From: the human T2T-CHM13v2.0 reference genome, Homo sapiens
Reading direction: 5' to 3' (one strand)
NCBI RefSeq assembly: GCF_009914755.1
Contig: NC_060944.1
Length of the DNA stretch: 64,000 bases
The translations under genes and the position numbers were made by a program. Below, piece by piece: positions 60,980 through 64,000 of this stretch. The notes beneath the pieces were generated by a model. The model ran no database searches and was not told the DNA's origin. It saw only the letters and a program-made list of their open reading frames with translations. The number at the start of each line of letters is the position of its first letter. Within the stretch, counting starts at the first letter, position 1.

Positions 60980-61650
60980 GTAAATTCAACAACAAATGTT
61001 TATCTAAGGTCTGTTCGAAGGACATGAGACTCAAAGCAAAGGATGTCAAGGAAGCCTTCCTCAGAGAGTGACTGCTAAACTGAGAATGGAAATGTAAGAA
61101 TTTGCCCGGAAAACCAATCACAAAGGGGCATACAGCTACGGAAACACCCCGCACAGAGGCAGGTGATTGTGACACTGTGTGTCCAGTCCTGGGTGTCAAT
61201 GATAGGCTGGCACCTCTCTGTGGCACCTCCCTTTGCCTCTTCAAGCCTTGGGGTGATGACAGCTTCCTTTGTTTCTACACCCAGGGCACAAGATAACCCT
61301 GGCAACCTAGAGCCTGATGAAAAGGGAGGAGAATCTAAATGACTTACTGCTGTGTACTTGGCCATGAGAGAATAACCGTGATAATAACTCAGGTAAAAGG
61401 CTCAGAATGAGAAGTAGGTTTAAAAAGTAGGTAATGAAGATTGGGATAGGCCAAGGAGAACCTGAAGGGCATATGGGACAGCCAGAAGGAAAGCCTGTAA
61501 GGCTGTGGGATGTAGGCATTTGGAGCCTGGAGTGTCCTGAGCTAGAGACACAGAAGCAGGAGGCATTCACTTGAAGGTTGTGTTTAAAAATATGGGAGAG
61601 GTAGGAGCTGTCTAAAGAGAGGAACTAGAGTGAGAGGGGCAAGACATTTT
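60980..61650 (-). mobile_element. L2 fragments
   Basis: attcaacaacaaatgttta; gtcaaggaagccttcctcagagagtgactgctaaactgaga; degenerate. Confidence 0.5.
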
Positions 61651-61725
61651 AGAAATAATTTAGAAGAAATAAAAACCCAATAGATCTTGAATAACACCAT
61701 AGTATTTTATCAGTTTAAAACCTAG

Positions 61726-62099
<374 letters not shown>

Positions 62100-62111
62100 C
62101 TCTCTCTTCTT

Positions 62112-62245
62112 TTTCATTCATCCCACAAATACTTTCTGAGCAACCACCATGTGGCAGGCATTGTTCTAGGTATTTTTGATCCAAAATGATAAAAAAACAA
62201 CCATTGCTTCTTGCCTCAAGAAGTTTACATTCTAGTGGAAATAAA
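62112..62245 (-). mobile_element. L2 3' end
   Basis: ttcattcatcccacaaatactttctgagcaaccaccatgtggcaggcattgttctagg..ctcaagaagtttacattctagtgg. Confidence 0.75.
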
Positions 62246-62299
62246 GCTAACCCTAGTAAGTAATTATCATGGTAGTGTCTTCAGGTGACTGTCTACAAG

Positions 62300-62982
62300 A
62301 TATTGATTAATCACAGAAAGAAAATAGAGGACACTTGGCAGACACTGCATAAACAAAGTGATCAGAATTAACCTCACCAGTAATGGGACAAATTACTTGT
62401 ATGGCTCCATGATGCAATGCCCTGGGAACACAATGTAACCTCAGTTGCACGTGAGCCCATAATGCATAGCTTGAGTCTAAACACAAGGAAACATCAGACA
62501 AATCCAAATTCAAGGCCATTCTACAACATAGCTCACCTGTACCAAAAATGAAAGAAAAATTAAGGAACTATTTCTGATTAAAAAATACTAAGGTTTACGA
62601 ACCATTCTTTTTTTTCTTTTTCTTTTGCTGTAAATGGTCTTACTAGGTCCATGGGCAAAATCTAAATTAGATCTATAGTTTAGAAATAATGCTGGATCAA
62701 TGTTAATTTCCTGATTTTGATCATTATACTGGGATAAGGAGGGAATGTTCTTATTTGACAAAATATGCTCTCAAATATTTAAGAATAAAAAGAAAAAAAG
62801 TAGACACCATGTCTGCAACCTACCCCAAAGGAGTGAAAACAAATCTATAGAGAAGGAGAATGATAATGCGAATGTGGATAAGTGTTAACTTTTGGAGAAC
62901 TGGGGTGAAGGGTACACAGGAAGTTCTCATATTATTCTTGCAAATTTTCTGTAAGTCCAAGATTATTTCAAAATTTAAAAAA
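62300..62982 (+). mobile_element. L1MC-type 3' end
   Basis: ggaaacatcagacaaatccaaatt, atcaatgttaatttcctgattttgatca, tattcttgcaaattttctgtaagt. Confidence 0.78.
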
Positions 62983-63744
62983 GCATTTTTACCCATAAAA
63001 ACCATTTCCAGAAATTTTGGGAATTTCCAGAGTTCTTTGCATGTCTAATCAATTGCAGTTTATGACTCAATGCCAACAGATGTTATATTAAAGACATATT
63101 TAAATCTCTAAAATAAAATAACCATAAGGGAAGATCTGTTACTTAATAAATGCTTTCCTGAGAATTTCTAAATGTTCTTATTTGTATTAAGTTCTTTAGG
63201 CATTGGTGCTTGTTTGTTTCATCTTTTGGCAGAGAAACTCCTCTTTCAAATAACATTTTATGCAGCTTGTTTTCATATAAAACTAACCCAAGCCTGAGAT
63301 CTAACAACCTCTTATACCCAAAGAAGACTCTGATATCTTGGTGGGTTCCCTATGCTTTGGGAACCAAATTTAAACAGCTTTCTCCAGAGAATCCAGGTGG
63401 AAATAGCTTCAAAAAAAGAGATACTTCCATCTTCCTTAATTTTTAAGGCTACATGTACTTCATACATCAGTGTTGCATAAATCAACTATTTATCATGTTC
63501 TTTTTTAAAATATAGAACTGGAACAAAACACCTGTCTGGCAACCTGTAAATCATTCTTTATCATTTTTCGTGTCCAATAAATTGTTTAAGAAAAATTTTT
63601 TAAGATGCACACAGGAAAAAGGAAACTCTTATATTTCAGACCATGCTGAAACAATCAAATGATTTATCAACAGCTCCAGGAAGATGTCATGAAATTGTGA
63701 AATATGAAAGGAAAGGGATGGCTTATCTGAGCTTAGATACACAA

Positions 63745-63865
63745 GTCGGTTCCAAAAAAGCAGTAAGCCAGGAGTCAGACATCCCAGCTCAGTGAATAGT
63801 GCCCTGAAGTCCCCTGTTTGAGTTACAGTCCTTAGACATCATTTTTCTCATCACACCGTGTTGTA
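63745..63865 (+). mobile_element. MIR fragment
   Basis: caggagtcagacatcccagctc ... ccttagacatcatttttctcatc. Confidence 0.45.
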
Positions 63866-64000
63866 ATTAGATCGGATACTTCAGTTAAGGCATCAGGGAA
63901 CCAACTCAAACTGACTTGTGTAAGTAGCTCCAGTCAGGGCCTAATCTAGGAGCTCTTAGGATGTGACCAAGGGGCTTGTTTTCTTTAGCGCTGGGCTCTG

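Overview
Primate (human-like) genomic DNA with no intact protein-coding gene, RNA gene or CpG island that I can support. It is dominated by interspersed repeats: L1 of several ages, about 11 Alus, L2/MIR/L3, MaLR/ERVL/ERV1 solo LTRs and MER5/Tigger DNA transposons. Nearly all ORFs in the supplied track are L1 ORF1/ORF2 remnants, Alu-derived or chance frames. Three things stand out. (1) A 5'-truncated processed pseudogene of microsomal cytochrome b5 (CYB5A, minus strand, ~4953-5542) sits inside an L1 in the same orientation, with no target-site duplication. It keeps an unbroken 97-codon frame and carries an in-frame 15-bp duplication. (2) A heavily decayed Ty3/Gypsy pol fossil (RT with YLDE at 1226-1237, weak RNase H, integrase remnants) is visible only by frameshifted translation and is split by that L1, giving a nest Gypsy > L1 > (Alu, CYB5A retrocopy). 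(3) An L1PB copy (31.7-36.7 kb) carries three templated-insertion repair scars, one bridging a deletion of ORF1. I see no convincing evidence for a new functional biological system; the best signals are evolutionary and mechanistic fossils. Subfamily names come from recalled consensus sequences and boundaries of old repeats are approximate, so both need RepeatMasker/Dfam confirmation.
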